DNA from: an uncultured bacterium
Lineage (GTDB): Bacteria; Acidobacteriota; HRBIN11; JAKEFK01
Length of the DNA: 64,000 nucleotides
Direction of reading: 5' to 3'
NCBI GenBank assembly: GCA_963777505.1
Contig: CAVZQN010000001.1
Span: forward strand, 352,001-416,000
Below, piece by piece: positions 38,624 to 48,716 of this stretch (its first letter is position 1; the number at the start of each line of letters is the position of its first letter). The position numbers and the translations under genes are program-made. The notes beneath the pieces are model-generated. The model made no database searches and was not told where the DNA came from. It was given only the letters and a program-made list of their open reading frames with translations.

Positions 38624-38643
38624 TGTTATAATCCGACAATTAG

Positions 38644-40230
38644 ATGAAATTACGGCTTACGATCGAAAGCGGCTCTCTTGCCGGTCAGGAATTCGAATTG
38701 GAGCAAGGATCGATTGTCCTCGGCCGTGGTACAGATTCACACATCAAATTTGATTTCAAGCACGATCCAGGTGTCTCTACCCGCCATGCTGTTATTCAAT
38801 CAGAAGATCATAGCTTCCGGCTGATTGATGAAGGCAGCACCAATGGAACTTTAGTGAATGGTGCGATTACACAGAATAGTGTTCTACAGAATGGAGATAC
38901 GATTCGTCTGGGAGCGCAAGGCCCTCAAATGCGCATATCGATTGAGGAAATAATCAAGCCAGCGGAGCGGACTCAAGAGTTTCCTGTAATAACACACTTT
39001 GATTCTACGACTCCGGAACCTCCACCACCTCCGCACCAGCCTCCACCCCTTCCGCCCTATACTCCTCCTGCTGCCTCTGAAAATTACACACCGCACAATG
39101 CAGCGTCTTCATTTTCGCCGCAGCAGATCATGCAAACCCGCGAGGGACGCAGATCATTAATCGGCTGCGGGATCTCTGTTGTAATCGGAGGATTCTTAAT
39201 GCTGGTTGTCATGGCATTAATGATTAGCCAGCTGGGATTCTTTGCAGCATTTGTAGGCACGATTGTAGCTTTTGCGCCGGTACCGTTTTACTTGTTTGCA
39301 GTATTTTGGATCGACCGCTTCGACCCCGAACCAGGATGGGCGATTGTTGCATCGTTCGCATGGGGCGGTCTTGTCGCAATTCTTGTTTCATTCGTGATGA
39401 ATACATTGTTCGGCACAACCATGGGAGAAATCGCAGGAGCCCAGCAAGGGAGTACTCTATCTGCGATTATTTCGGCACCGATCTTCGAAGAAGGAAGCAA
39501 AGGGATTTTTCTTCTTGTTTTAATGCTTTTCTTACGCAAAGAATTCGATGGAATTGTGGATGGCATTTTTTACGCTTGCGTAATCGCGTTAGGTTTTGCG
39601 ACGTTTGAAAATATTCTTTATTATGGCGGACAATTCCTGAAAGGTGGGATCGGCGCATTGATCAGCAACGTCTTCGTGCGAGGTATCCTTTCGCCGTTTG
39701 CTCATGCGTTATTTACATCCATGATTGGTCTTGGCTGCGGGCTTGCGCGAGAATCACACAACAAAATGCTTCGATTGTTGGGGCCACCGGCCGGATATGT
39801 GTTTGCAATGATTCTTCATGGATTCTGGAACGCAATCGCATCGGCAACCGGAGGCATCGGTTATTACATTGCTTATATCTTTGTATGGGTACCTTTGTTT
39901 CTGATTTTTGTAGGCGGCGTCATTGCAGTCGTACGGCGCGAACAAAAAATTATTAAGCGCACACTGCTGCCGCAAATAGATCAAAACGTGATAACGAAAG
40001 AACAATACGACATCGTTACATCCTTGAAAAATCGAACGGCCTGGGTTCTATCCAGTTTCAGTGATATGACTAAGCTGAATAGGCGACGCAGATTTCTGCG
40101 ATACACAACGAAGCTTGGTTTAGGATACTGGCACATGGAACAAGCAGCCAAAGAAAATAGCAGCACGATCAGCACTCAGATGCTGGCGGAGTACAGGAAT
40201 GAAGTGCAGCGATTGCAACCGCTAGTGTAA
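38644..40230 (+). CDS. FHA domain fused to a PrsW-family intramembrane protease
   Basis: FHA motifs GR...VS.RH...STNGT, a Pro-rich linker, and PrsW motifs EEGSK, FATFEN, H and HGFWN. Confidence 0.88.
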   Translation: MKLRLTIESGSLAGQEFELEQGSIVLGRGTDSHIKFDFKHDPGVSTRHAVIQSEDHSFRLIDEGSTNGTLVNGAITQNSVLQNGDTIRLGAQGPQMRISIEEIIKPAERTQEFPVITHFDSTTPEPPPPPHQPPPLPPYTPPAASENYTPHNAASSFSPQQIMQTREGRRSLIGCGISVVIGGFLMLVVMALMISQLGFFAAFVGTIVAFAPVPFYLFAVFWIDRFDPEPGWAIVASFAWGGLVAILVSFVMNTLFGTTMGEIAGAQQGSTLSAIISAPIFEEGSKGIFLLVLMLFLRKEFDGIVDGIFYACVIALGFATFENILYYGGQFLKGGIGALISNVFVRGILSPFAHALFTSMIGLGCGLARESHNKMLRLLGPPAGYVFAMILHGFWNAIASATGGIGYYIAYIFVWVPLFLIFVGGVIAVVRREQKIIKRTLLPQIDQNVITKEQYDIVTSLKNRTAWVLSSFSDMTKLNRRRRFLRYTTKLGLGYWHMEQAAKENSSTISTQMLAEYRNEVQRLQPLV

Positions 40231-40258
40231 TGTCAGTTTAACCACAAAGACGCTGAGA

Positions 40259-41236
40259 TTAACCGCCGATGGAGTACATAGCGCGAGGAGGTTGTACGAA
40301 ATCAGGATCGTTGATTTTGTGTCCGGCCCATTTATCCATAACGGCTGCCTGAATTAACTTTGTCAGCACGTCGGAACCGGCACCCTCACGTAATGGTTCA
40401 CGCAAATCGACTTCACTGATCGCAAACAAACATGTCCTGAATTTTCCGTCTGCTGTGATTCTAATCCTGCTGCAACTTGCGCAGAATGGCTGCGTAACGG
40501 ACGGGATTACACCGAAATGATCATCGGCATCAGGCGCGATAAACTTAGCAGAAGGACCATCATCTTCTGTTTGCTTATAGTCCGCAAAACCTGATGCATT
40601 CACTTTTTGTAAGATTTCTTCTTGTGTCAAAACTCTTTCACGGCTCCAATGATGATCGCCATCCAACGGCATGAACTCAATGAAGCGTATTTGTAAATTT
40701 TTTTCTTTTCCCCAACGTAAGAAATCGACAATCTCATCATCATTGAATCCACGAATCGCAACACAGTTGATCTTAATCGGATCAAAACCTGCTGTCCGTG
40801 CCGCATCAATTCCAGACAGAACGCGATGGAAGGAGTCAGATCCCGTAATTTCGCGAAACTTGGTCGCATTCAGTGAATCGAGACTGATGTTGATTCTGCG
40901 AATACCGGCATCATATAAATCCTTGGCCTGTGTCGAAAGATAATATCCATTGGTTGTAAGACTCAAATCCTTGAGTCCTTCGATTTTAGAAAGTCTGGAA
41001 GCAAGTAAGGGCAAATTACGACGAACCAGCGGCTCACCGCCAGTTAAACGGATACTATCTACACCCAGGCTGACAAACAAACGCGCCAGGAATTCAATTT
41101 CTTCGAAGTTTAATATTTGTGGTTTAGGCAGCCATTCAACATGGGTGGGCATACAGTAGACGCATTTGTAGTTGCAACGATCCGTCACACTGATCCGAAG
41201 ATCTTTAGCTTGTCTACCGAACTTATCAATCAACAT
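40259..41236 (-). CDS. moaA: GTP 3',8-cyclase MoaA
   Basis: LRISVTDRCNYKCVYC, TGGEP, FCASCSRIR...C and terminal IGG. Confidence 0.96.
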   Translation of the reverse strand: MLIDKFGRQAKDLRISVTDRCNYKCVYCMPTHVEWLPKPQILNFEEIEFLARLFVSLGVDSIRLTGGEPLVRRNLPLLASRLSKIEGLKDLSLTTNGYYLSTQAKDLYDAGIRRINISLDSLNATKFREITGSDSFHRVLSGIDAARTAGFDPIKINCVAIRGFNDDEIVDFLRWGKEKNLQIRFIEFMPLDGDHHWSRERVLTQEEILQKVNASGFADYKQTEDDGPSAKFIAPDADDHFGVIPSVTQPFCASCSRIRITADGKFRTCLFAISEVDLREPLREGAGSDVLTKLIQAAVMDKWAGHKINDPDFVQPPRAMYSIGG

Positions 41237-41252
41237 CTTTGAGTCTCTGCAG

Positions 41253-41453
41253 TTAGCTTTTTTCCTCCAACCACGCCATTTGGATTGCTTCTAAAATTTT
41301 TTCATTCGATTTTTTTGCATCATCTTCAAAATCCGGAAGTTCGGTAACCCATTTATGCAAATCAGTAAACCGAACAGTAAGTGGATCGGTATCCGGAAAT
41401 TTTTCTGAAAGCTGAAATCCAATCTCTTCGACGTCGGTCCAACTGAGTTTCAT
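41253..41453 (-). CDS. iscX: Fe-S assembly protein IscX
   Basis: MKL.W.D...I...L...P..DP..VRFTDL..W...L..F.D...SNEKILEAIQ.AW. Confidence 0.93.
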   Translation of the reverse strand: MKLSWTDVEEIGFQLSEKFPDTDPLTVRFTDLHKWVTELPDFEDDAKKSNEKILEAIQMAWLEEKS

Positions 41454-41465
41454 CTTTTTCACCAA

Positions 41466-43355
41466 CTATTGTTTGTGTGTTGTTCGCTCTGCTTCTTCTT
41501 CCAGCTCATCCAGGGTTTTATCTTTTAAGGCCCCTGCAATCGTGCTGTCCATGATACCTTGTGCAAGTTTCTGGGTCGCCTGATCTAATGTTTCAATTTT
41601 CTCACGGATTGCACTATGGCTTGTTCCTTGATGTGCCTCGCGCAATTCGCTTTCCGCGTTTCGAATTTGTCCTTTCTCCTGTGTTGAAAGAAATTCATCA
41701 GCTCTTCTCATGGCCTTCTCTGTCGAACGCAGTACAATATCGGCGTCATTGCGAGCATCAATCAACATGCGCGCTTCAAAATCTGTTTCAGCAGATTCCA
41801 TTGAATCAAATAGCATCCGTTCAACTTCTTCATCGGTGAGGCCGTATGAGGGTTTTACTTCCAGAGATTGCTGTTTCCCGGTTCGCATGTCGCGCGCAGT
41901 AACATTTAAGATTCCATTTGCATCGATCATGAATGTCACTTCAATTCGTGGAAGCCCCGCAGGCATTGCATCAATTCCTTTCAGTTGAAAACGTGCCAGG
42001 CTGCGATTATCTTTCGCAAGTTCACGATCTCCTTGAAGCACATGAACGTCAATTCCGGTTTGATTATCAACAAAAGTTGTAAAGTATTCGGTCGCTGAAT
42101 TTGGAATCGTTGAATTGCGTTCAATCAGCTTTGACATTGCGCCGCCATACGTTTCAATCCCAAGCGAGAGTGGAGTAATGTCGAGCAGCAGCATGTCATG
42201 TACGGACGTTCCAGCCAGAATATCTGCTTGAACTGCAGCGCCAATCGCGACAACCTCATCAGGATTTAATTCGCTTTTCGGTTTCTTACCAAACAGTTCT
42301 TGAACACGCTGTCGCACCAGAGGCATCCGTGTGCTTCCACCAACCAGAACCACCTCATCAATCGCTGATGGCTCAACGCCTGCATCTGTCAATGCCAAAC
42401 GCATCGGCTTTATTGTCTTTTCAACGATGTCACCAACAAGAGCTTCAAAATCAGGCCTCGTAATCGCAAGTTCAAAATTCTTATCACCTAATGGAATACT
42501 GACTTTGGCTTGTTCCGCATCAGACAGATCCCATTTCGCACGCTCTGCAGCATCTCGAATTATTTGCTGAAGGTTTGCATCAATCTCACCGGTCCAGCCA
42601 AATTTGCGGATCATATCGATTAAGAATTGAGAAAACCGGTTATCAATATCATCGCCGCCTAAATGCGTGTCACCATGTGTTGATAAAACTTGAAAAACAC
42701 CGTCTTTGATTTTTAAAATTGAGATGTCAAATGTCCCGCCGCCAAGATCATAGACTGCAATTGTTCCTTCTTTGATTTTGTCCAAACCATACGCAAGGGC
42801 CGCAGCAGTAGGCTCATTCAAAATCCGAAGCACTTCTAAACCCGCAAGCTTTCCTGCATCCTTTGTGGCCTGGCGCTGCGCATCATTAAAGTAGGCGGGA
42901 ACTGTAATAACGGCTTGAACCACAGGACGCTTTACTTCTTTCTCTGCTATGAATTTCAATTCTTTCAAAATCATTGCTGATATTTCGGGCGGAGTGTATT
43001 CGCGTTGATTGACGCGGATCTTTACCATTTCCTGGCCATGGCCAACTACTTCCCACGGAAAAAATTCCAGTTCACTAGCAACATCATCAATACCGCGTCC
43101 CATTAAACGCTTGATAGAAAATACCGTATGCGCAGCATCCGTTAATCGATACTTTCTTGCTGCGGCACCCACAAACATATTGTCCGGCTGGAAAGACACA
43201 ATCGATGGAACAAGAGTCCTGCCATCGGGTCCATTAATGACTTCAGGTGTTCCGTCCTTTACGAATGCAACAAGACTATTTGTAGTCCCTAAATCAATCC
43301 CTACGGCAAGAGGTTTTTCTTTCGCCGCAGTTCCAATTCCAATTTCTATACCCAT
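41466..43355 (-). CDS. hscA: Fe-S chaperone HscA (Hsp70)
   Basis: [28 protein letters not shown] and VKPSYGL; isc context. Confidence 0.93.
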   Translation of the reverse strand: MGIEIGIGTAAKEKPLAVGIDLGTTNSLVAFVKDGTPEVINGPDGRTLVPSIVSFQPDNMFVGAAARKYRLTDAAHTVFSIKRLMGRGIDDVASELEFFPWEVVGHGQEMVKIRVNQREYTPPEISAMILKELKFIAEKEVKRPVVQAVITVPAYFNDAQRQATKDAGKLAGLEVLRILNEPTAAALAYGLDKIKEGTIAVYDLGGGTFDISILKIKDGVFQVLSTHGDTHLGGDDIDNRFSQFLIDMIRKFGWTGEIDANLQQIIRDAAERAKWDLSDAEQAKVSIPLGDKNFELAITRPDFEALVGDIVEKTIKPMRLALTDAGVEPSAIDEVVLVGGSTRMPLVRQRVQELFGKKPKSELNPDEVVAIGAAVQADILAGTSVHDMLLLDITPLSLGIETYGGAMSKLIERNSTIPNSATEYFTTFVDNQTGIDVHVLQGDRELAKDNRSLARFQLKGIDAMPAGLPRIEVTFMIDANGILNVTARDMRTGKQQSLEVKPSYGLTDEEVERMLFDSMESAETDFEARMLIDARNDADIVLRSTEKAMRRADEFLSTQEKGQIRNAESELREAHQGTSHSAIREKIETLDQATQKLAQGIMDSTIAGALKDKTLDELEEEAERTTHKQ

Positions 43356-43393
43356 GCTTTCGCTCCAAATGCGGAATGCGTGATGCGCATCTC

Positions 43394-44035
43394 CTAATGA
43401 ATAATCGGTTCTCCGCCTCGCACAATATGATCAATTTGTCTCAAGAATGACCGTATGTAGGCACGTTCATGTAAGATTTGCTTTATTTGTTCAATTTCTT
43501 TTTGATCACCAGTCTCATCATACTTTGCAAAATGAGACTGCAATGAATCTTCAATGTCCTGAACCTTTTTGCTTAACTGCTTTTCTGCGTTATCAACTTC
43601 CTTTAAAGCACTTTCTGGTGGATTACCATCTGAGTCACGGATCGTATCCAGTACGTCATGAATTTCAAAAAAGAACTCCGCCATTTCGGCAGGAACCTGT
43701 GCGGATTTTTCTTCCAAGGAACCAAGTTTCCGTTCCACAACATATTTTGCGCGGGTAATAGGATCCTTTAACGTGCGATATGCATTGTTCAATGCCGAGG
43801 AATACTCATGCGCAACTTCTACTTCAGAAGGTGATTTGTTTGCAAAACGGTCAGGATGATATTTACGGCTTAACTCAAAAAAGCGTTTTTCAAGTGCAGC
43901 TTCATCAATCGCAAGCCGGTCTTCAGGAAGTCCGAAAACCTCAAAATGAGATCGTTCGGAAGGAGGCAAAATCCGCCCACATTGCGGACAATTTTCCGCA
44001 TTGGAAACCTCTTTGTGACAATGAGGGCATATCAT
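43394..44035 (-). CDS. hscB: Co-chaperone HscB with an N-terminal CxxC..CxxC
   Basis: J-domain HPD, N.AY.TL.DP..RA.Y and an N-terminal Zn-knuckle. Confidence 0.92.
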   Translation of the reverse strand: MICPHCHKEVSNAENCPQCGRILPPSERSHFEVFGLPEDRLAIDEAALEKRFFELSRKYHPDRFANKSPSEVEVAHEYSSALNNAYRTLKDPITRAKYVVERKLGSLEEKSAQVPAEMAEFFFEIHDVLDTIRDSDGNPPESALKEVDNAEKQLSKKVQDIEDSLQSHFAKYDETGDQKEIEQIKQILHERAYIRSFLRQIDHIVRGGEPIIH

Positions 44036-44095
44036 GTTTCGGCCTTTGCAATAATTTTGACTCTTTTGGGTGTACTTTGTGTCTTGTGGTGAATC

Positions 44096-44428
44096 TTAAA
44101 CGGAGAATGATGTTCCGCATCCGCAAGACTTTTTGGCGTTGGGGTTCATAAATGAAAACCCGCCATTTAACGGATCCGTAGAGAATTCTAGCGTTGTTCC
44201 ACGCAAATAGAGATAACTCTTGAAATCAACAAACACTTTAACACCGTTGATTTCAGCAATTTTATCGCCTTGCTTGGTTTCGTTTTCGAAATCAATGTCG
44301 TATGTCAATCCCGAACAACCACCGCCCTTTACACCCATACGTAGACCGTAACCTTGGAGTTTCTTTGAATCAAGAAGGTGTCTAATCTGCGTAGCAGCAG
44401 TATCGGAAATACCTAAATCCAGTGCCAT
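44096..44428 (-). CDS. iscA: A-type Fe-S carrier IscA
   Basis: GGGCSG and NPN...CGCG.SF. Confidence 0.93.
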   Translation of the reverse strand: MALDLGISDTAATQIRHLLDSKKLQGYGLRMGVKGGGCSGLTYDIDFENETKQGDKIAEINGVKVFVDFKSYLYLRGTTLEFSTDPLNGGFSFMNPNAKKSCGCGTSFSV

Positions 44429-44442
44429 TGAACTATCCTCGC

Positions 44443-44826
44443 TTATACCTTTTTCTTTTTGTAATCAGAAATCGCTGCCTTGATGGCATCTTCCGCAAGA
44501 ACCGAACAATGGATCTTAATAGGAGGCAGACTCAATTCTTCAACGATTTCCGTATTCTTAATCTTGAGCGCTTCATCAATTGTCTTGCCTTTCACCCATT
44601 CAGTTACCAGGCTTGAACTTGCAATTGCGCTTCCGCATCCGAAAGTTTTAAACTTGGCATCTTCGATTACGCCGCTATTTTCATTAATCTTAATCTGCAA
44701 CTTCATCACATCGCCGCATTCCGGCGCACCGACAATACCAGTACCAACGCTGGGATCAGCCTTGTCCATACTTCCGACATTACGCGGATTTTTGTAATGA
44801 TCGATAACTTTATCTGTATATGACAT
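44443..44826 (-). CDS. iscU: Fe-S scaffold IscU
   Basis: NPRNVG, GAPECGD, FGCGSA and LPPIKIHC (LPPVK-like HscA motif). Confidence 0.97.
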   Translation of the reverse strand: MSYTDKVIDHYKNPRNVGSMDKADPSVGTGIVGAPECGDVMKLQIKINENSGVIEDAKFKTFGCGSAIASSSLVTEWVKGKTIDEALKIKNTEIVEELSLPPIKIHCSVLAEDAIKAAISDYKKKKV

Positions 44827-44864
44827 TAAAGCCTCCTTGTGCTTTCCTCACCTTATAATGACTT

Positions 44865-46085
44865 TTATTCTCCGGCTCCTGACCAGGACACCTTTTTCAA
44901 ATCGATTCCTTCCTTAGCCATCTCATACAATGGGGACATTTCTCGCAATCGATTCACGTTATCCACCACTTTGTTCAACACGTATTGCACTTCTTCTTCG
45001 GTGTTAAACCGGCCAAGCCCAAATCGAATTGAAGTATGCGCGAGATCTTCGCCTACACCTAATGCTTTCAATACATAGGATGGTTCCAACGTTGCCGATG
45101 TGCATGCAGAACCTGACGAAACGGCAATATCATCCATTCCCATCAGCAGCGATTCCCCTTCCACATATGCAAAACTCACATTTAAATTATTTGGCAGACG
45201 TTCAGTTGGATGGCCATTCAAAAACACATCTTCAAGCGCGTTTGTTATACCGTGATGCAGTTTATCGCGAAACCCGGCGAGCTTTTTTGATTCTTCCGGC
45301 ATGATTTCTTTTGCAATTTCAACGGCCTTACCAAATCCAACCATACCAGGAACATTCAACGTTCCAGATCTCATGCCGCGTTCATGACCACCGCCATCCA
45401 TTTGAGCAACCAGCCGGACGCGTGGACCTTTCTTTCGCACATACAATGCACCGATCCCCTTGGGACCATAAATTTTGTGCGCAGTTAATGACATCAAGTC
45501 GACATTCATCGCCTGCACATCAACCGGCACCTTGCCGATCGCTTGAACAGCATCACTATGAAACAGGACGCCCTTTTCTTTCGCGATCTTTCCGATTTCA
45601 CCAATTTTTTGTAACGTTCCAACTTCGTTATTCGCATACATAATCGAAATCAGAATGGTTTTATCGGTGATCTCTTTCCTTAATTCATCAAGATCAATCT
45701 GCCCATACTTATCAACCGGTAAGTACGTAACACGTTTGCCAAGCTTTTCAAGACGTTTGCCGGTATCCAGTACTGCCTTATGTTCTGTAACGCAGGTGAT
45801 AATGTGATCACCTTTTTCTGCGTACATTTCAGCAACGCCTTTTAAAGCCAGATTGTTTGATTCAGTGGCGCCGCTTGTAAATATGATTTCTTTCGGATCC
45901 GCATTAATGAGTGATGCAATCCTTTCGCGTGAACGTTCTACTGCTTCTTCTGCGCGCCAGCCAAATGCATGATTGCGGCTTGCAGCATTCCCGAAATCTT
46001 CGGTGAAATAAGGAAGCATTTCTTCTAAAACTCTCGGATCTACCGGAGTCGTTGAATGATAATCCATAAAAATTGGCGTTTTCAT
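44865..46085 (-). CDS. iscS: Cysteine desulfurase IscS
   Basis: [20 protein letters not shown] and SSGSACTS. Confidence 0.97.
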   Translation of the reverse strand: MKTPIFMDYHSTTPVDPRVLEEMLPYFTEDFGNAASRNHAFGWRAEEAVERSRERIASLINADPKEIIFTSGATESNNLALKGVAEMYAEKGDHIITCVTEHKAVLDTGKRLEKLGKRVTYLPVDKYGQIDLDELRKEITDKTILISIMYANNEVGTLQKIGEIGKIAKEKGVLFHSDAVQAIGKVPVDVQAMNVDLMSLTAHKIYGPKGIGALYVRKKGPRVRLVAQMDGGGHERGMRSGTLNVPGMVGFGKAVEIAKEIMPEESKKLAGFRDKLHHGITNALEDVFLNGHPTERLPNNLNVSFAYVEGESLLMGMDDIAVSSGSACTSATLEPSYVLKALGVGEDLAHTSIRFGLGRFNTEEEVQYVLNKVVDNVNRLREMSPLYEMAKEGIDLKKVSWSGAGE

Positions 46086-46642
46086 CTCAGTTCTCCCTCC
46101 TGAACAGGGAAGTCAGAATATGTATTAAGTGTCTCTTTCTTAGGCAGCTGCATCTTTTTCATTTTCTTTATAATGACCTCGCGATCGGCTTTCTTCATTC
46201 GTTGTGTAAACACAATTCCATCCAGATGATCGATTTCATGAAGCAAAGCGCGCGCTAAAAGAGCTGTTCCTTCAAGTTCAACAATTTTTCCTTCCGGATT
46301 GTACCCGCGAACCTTCGCAATATTCGGACGACTCACGGTTGCAAACAATCCAGGAAAGCTTAAACAGCCTTCCTGACCTCTTTGCTCTCCATCTGTCAAA
46401 ACCACGACTGGATTAATCAGAGTCAGTTGTTTACTACGATCCTCACCACCACTTGTATCAATGACAAGCAACCGTTTATTGACTCCAACTTGAGGCGCAG
46501 AAAGTCCTACGCCATTTGTAAAATACATGGTTTCGAACATGTCTCTTACAAATTTCTTTAGATCAGCCGTAAAATCCTCAACCGGCTCTGAAACACGTTC
46601 AAGCCGGGGATCACCGTAATAGACGACATCTAAAATTGCCAT
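46082..46642 (-). CDS. def: Peptide deformylase
   Basis: [13 protein letters not shown] and HEIDHLDG are all intact. Confidence 0.95.
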   Translation of the reverse strand: MAILDVVYYGDPRLERVSEPVEDFTADLKKFVRDMFETMYFTNGVGLSAPQVGVNKRLLVIDTSGGEDRSKQLTLINPVVVLTDGEQRGQEGCLSFPGLFATVSRPNIAKVRGYNPEGKIVELEGTALLARALLHEIDHLDGIVFTQRMKKADREVIIKKMKKMQLPKKETLNTYSDFPVQEGELR

Positions 46643-47100
46643 TACTGTACTCCCAAACCTATTTGCTGGAGTTGAACCGGAGATTTCTGATGGAATTCCA
46701 TTTCCGCTGCAAGCTGACCGATTGTTAATTTTTCAAGCATATTGTCAACGGTCTGCTGTATTTCGCGTATGTGCTGATTTACAGAACATTTCCGAAAACG
46801 ATTGCAATCAAAATGATCCATCAAACATTCCTGCATATGAGTTTCACCTTGAATCACATGCAAAACTTCTTTCATCGTTGTTTTTTCAACATTCCGTGCG
46901 AGCCTGTAACCACCTTTCGATCCCATTTGCGAAGCCAGGTAACCTGCTTTATGCATTTGCTGAAGCACTTTCGAAAGATAGCTCTGAGGTGCATCCAGGA
47001 CATTCGATAAGGTGTGAAGATCAGCAACTTCACCTGATGGCCGCGTCTGGAAATAAATCAAAACATAGACTGCGTACAGCGTTCCGCGTGTGACTTCCAT
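46642..47100 (-). CDS. Rrf2-family regulator (IscR-like) with three Cys
   Basis: wHTH YL.KVLQ.M...G...S..G.KGGY.L, and C-x6-C-x5-C; first gene of the isc operon. Confidence 0.88.
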   Translation of the reverse strand: MEVTRGTLYAVYVLIYFQTRPSGEVADLHTLSNVLDAPQSYLSKVLQQMHKAGYLASQMGSKGGYRLARNVEKTTMKEVLHVIQGETHMQECLMDHFDCNRFRKCSVNQHIREIQQTVDNMLEKLTIGQLAAEMEFHQKSPVQLQQIGLGVQ

Positions 47101-47112
47101 TGGTATCCTCAG

Positions 47113-47131
47113 ATAGTCTCGACGAGACTAT
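47113..47131. promoter_or_regulatory. Perfect 9-1-9 palindrome upstream of the Rrf2 gene (candidate operator)
   Basis: ATAGTCTCG-A-CGAGACTAT, 12 nt from the start codon. Confidence 0.55.
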
Positions 47132-47209
47132 AATGTTAGACTTATCAACTCCAATATTGTTAATTTACAGATAAACTGCGCCAAAGTCAAGCAATTCTAT
47201 TGACGAGGA

Positions 47210-47833
47210 TTAAGGAGCTGTCGAGGAAACGGTTTTTTGGCCAAATATGGCTCTAAAAGCTCTTCGGATGGCCCGGTAGAGCTTAGGAGCAAACCAGATA
47301 ATCAAGGCAATGAAACCGAGAACAATTCCAAGAGCAATAAATGGATGATTGTATACAAAGTAAAGAGAACCGATAACTACTGCATCTTCAGCTATGCTTA
47401 AACCAATATTACTAAACGGCTCCGCTGGTGAAACGATATTCGTTGAGAGTCGGGTTCCAGCTTTTGCCGTATGTGAAGTTAATGCCAGAGTTCCACAAAT
47501 CACCGCTGCAATGATTTTAAGTTTAGGATCCTGGTCGCCCAATACATGTAATGAAAGGAAAACTGCCGCAAGCGGGCGCACGATCGTGTGAACTCCATCC
47601 CAAATGTTATCAACCCAGGGAATTTTATCGGCAAAAAATTCAAGCGCATACATCGTACCGCTTACGATTAAGATTGACGGATGTGACAAAACATCCAGGG
47701 ATTCCAATGCGGGAATTAGTTTTAGCCACCCAAAACGGATCGCCAGGCCGGAAACAAATACCACAGCGTAAACATTCAGACCCGAAAAGAATCCAAGGCT
47801 GAATAATGTCGCCAGAACGGCATATGATTCCAT
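47210..47833 (-). CDS. DUF4126 family membrane protein
   Basis: SGLN.YA, EFFADKIPWVD..WD..HT..RP, H..KAG.R and EP.SN..LS..ED. Confidence 0.85.
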   Translation of the reverse strand: MESYAVLATLFSLGFFSGLNVYAVVFVSGLAIRFGWLKLIPALESLDVLSHPSILIVSGTMYALEFFADKIPWVDNIWDGVHTIVRPLAAVFLSLHVLGDQDPKLKIIAAVICGTLALTSHTAKAGTRLSTNIVSPAEPFSNIGLSIAEDAVVIGSLYFVYNHPFIALGIVLGFIALIIWFAPKLYRAIRRAFRAIFGQKTVSSTAP

Positions 47834-47836
47834 TTC

Positions 47837-48403
47837 TTATTCCTTTAGACCGATCTCAATCGCTACAGGCTTTAATGAATTCGCGATAAAACTAATGAGC
47901 TCATCAAGATCCGCTGGAAGTTGCTCGGCAGCCTTGTAGACTTCTTCGCGATTTACGGTCCGCGCAAAAGATTTATCTTTCAGTTTTTTCCGCACAGATT
48001 TCGGTTCAATTTGTGAAAGACTCTTATCAGGTTTTACAAGCGTGCAAGCAACGATAAATCCTGTCAGTTCATCCAGGGCGAAAATTGCACGGTCCACTAA
48101 AGATTTCCGTTCGAGTCCCAGATAGTCAGCGTGACATTGGATCGCGTAAATGATGTCCTCTGGAACCTGTCGCGAGCGCAAAATTTCAGAGCCTTTTAAG
48201 GGATGATCGGGAACTGTAGGATGCACCTCGTAATCAAAATCATGCAGTAATCCGACGAGGGCAAACTTGTGTGGATCATCACCATGCTTTTCTGCAAAAG
48301 CCTTCATTACCGCTTCAACAGCAATAGCATGTTTTCGAAGGCTGTCAGTTTTTGTGTATTCGTGCAGGATTTCAAGCGCCTGTTCGCGCGACGGATAGGT
48401 CAA
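47837..48403 (-). CDS. HD-domain hydrolase
   Basis: L.KH...V, GLLHDFDYE, DELTG and K.K.KSFA..V.RE. Confidence 0.88.
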   Translation of the reverse strand: MTYPSREQALEILHEYTKTDSLRKHAIAVEAVMKAFAEKHGDDPHKFALVGLLHDFDYEVHPTVPDHPLKGSEILRSRQVPEDIIYAIQCHADYLGLERKSLVDRAIFALDELTGFIVACTLVKPDKSLSQIEPKSVRKKLKDKSFARTVNREEVYKAAEQLPADLDELISFIANSLKPVAIEIGLKE

Positions 48404-48606
48404 TAAGGTACACCCAGCTTCTCATTCTCTTCAGGCATGACTGCCCAAAGAATAATGTATACCAGAATGCCGGGGAACGCCGCTGAAAATAGTGACGCAA
48501 GAACATAGGTGACACGGACCAGAGTTGGATCCCAGCCAAGACTCTTTGCAATACCACCACACACACCTGCAATCATTCGGTCTTTTTTGGAACGTTCTAG
48601 TGCCAT
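48400..48606 (-). CDS. PspC domain protein
   Basis: L.RS..DRMIAGVCGGIA...DPT.VR...YII.W..MP. Confidence 0.9.
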   Translation of the reverse strand: MALERSKKDRMIAGVCGGIAKSLGWDPTLVRVTYVLASLFSAAFPGILVYIILWAVMPEENEKLGVPY

Positions 48607-48716
48607 TGTTACAACCTCCTAGGGGGTTATCATTAATAATAATACGCAGAAAATGCCGGAGTGTTCCCCCCGTTTCTTGCTCGACAAAAGCATTTGCTTC
48701 ATACTAGCTTCAACAA

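Noticed and set aside
38526-38643. TPP riboswitch upstream of thiC, or oriC at the DnaA box
   Set aside because: The riboswitch core motifs are absent; there is only one DnaA box and no dnaA/dnaN context.
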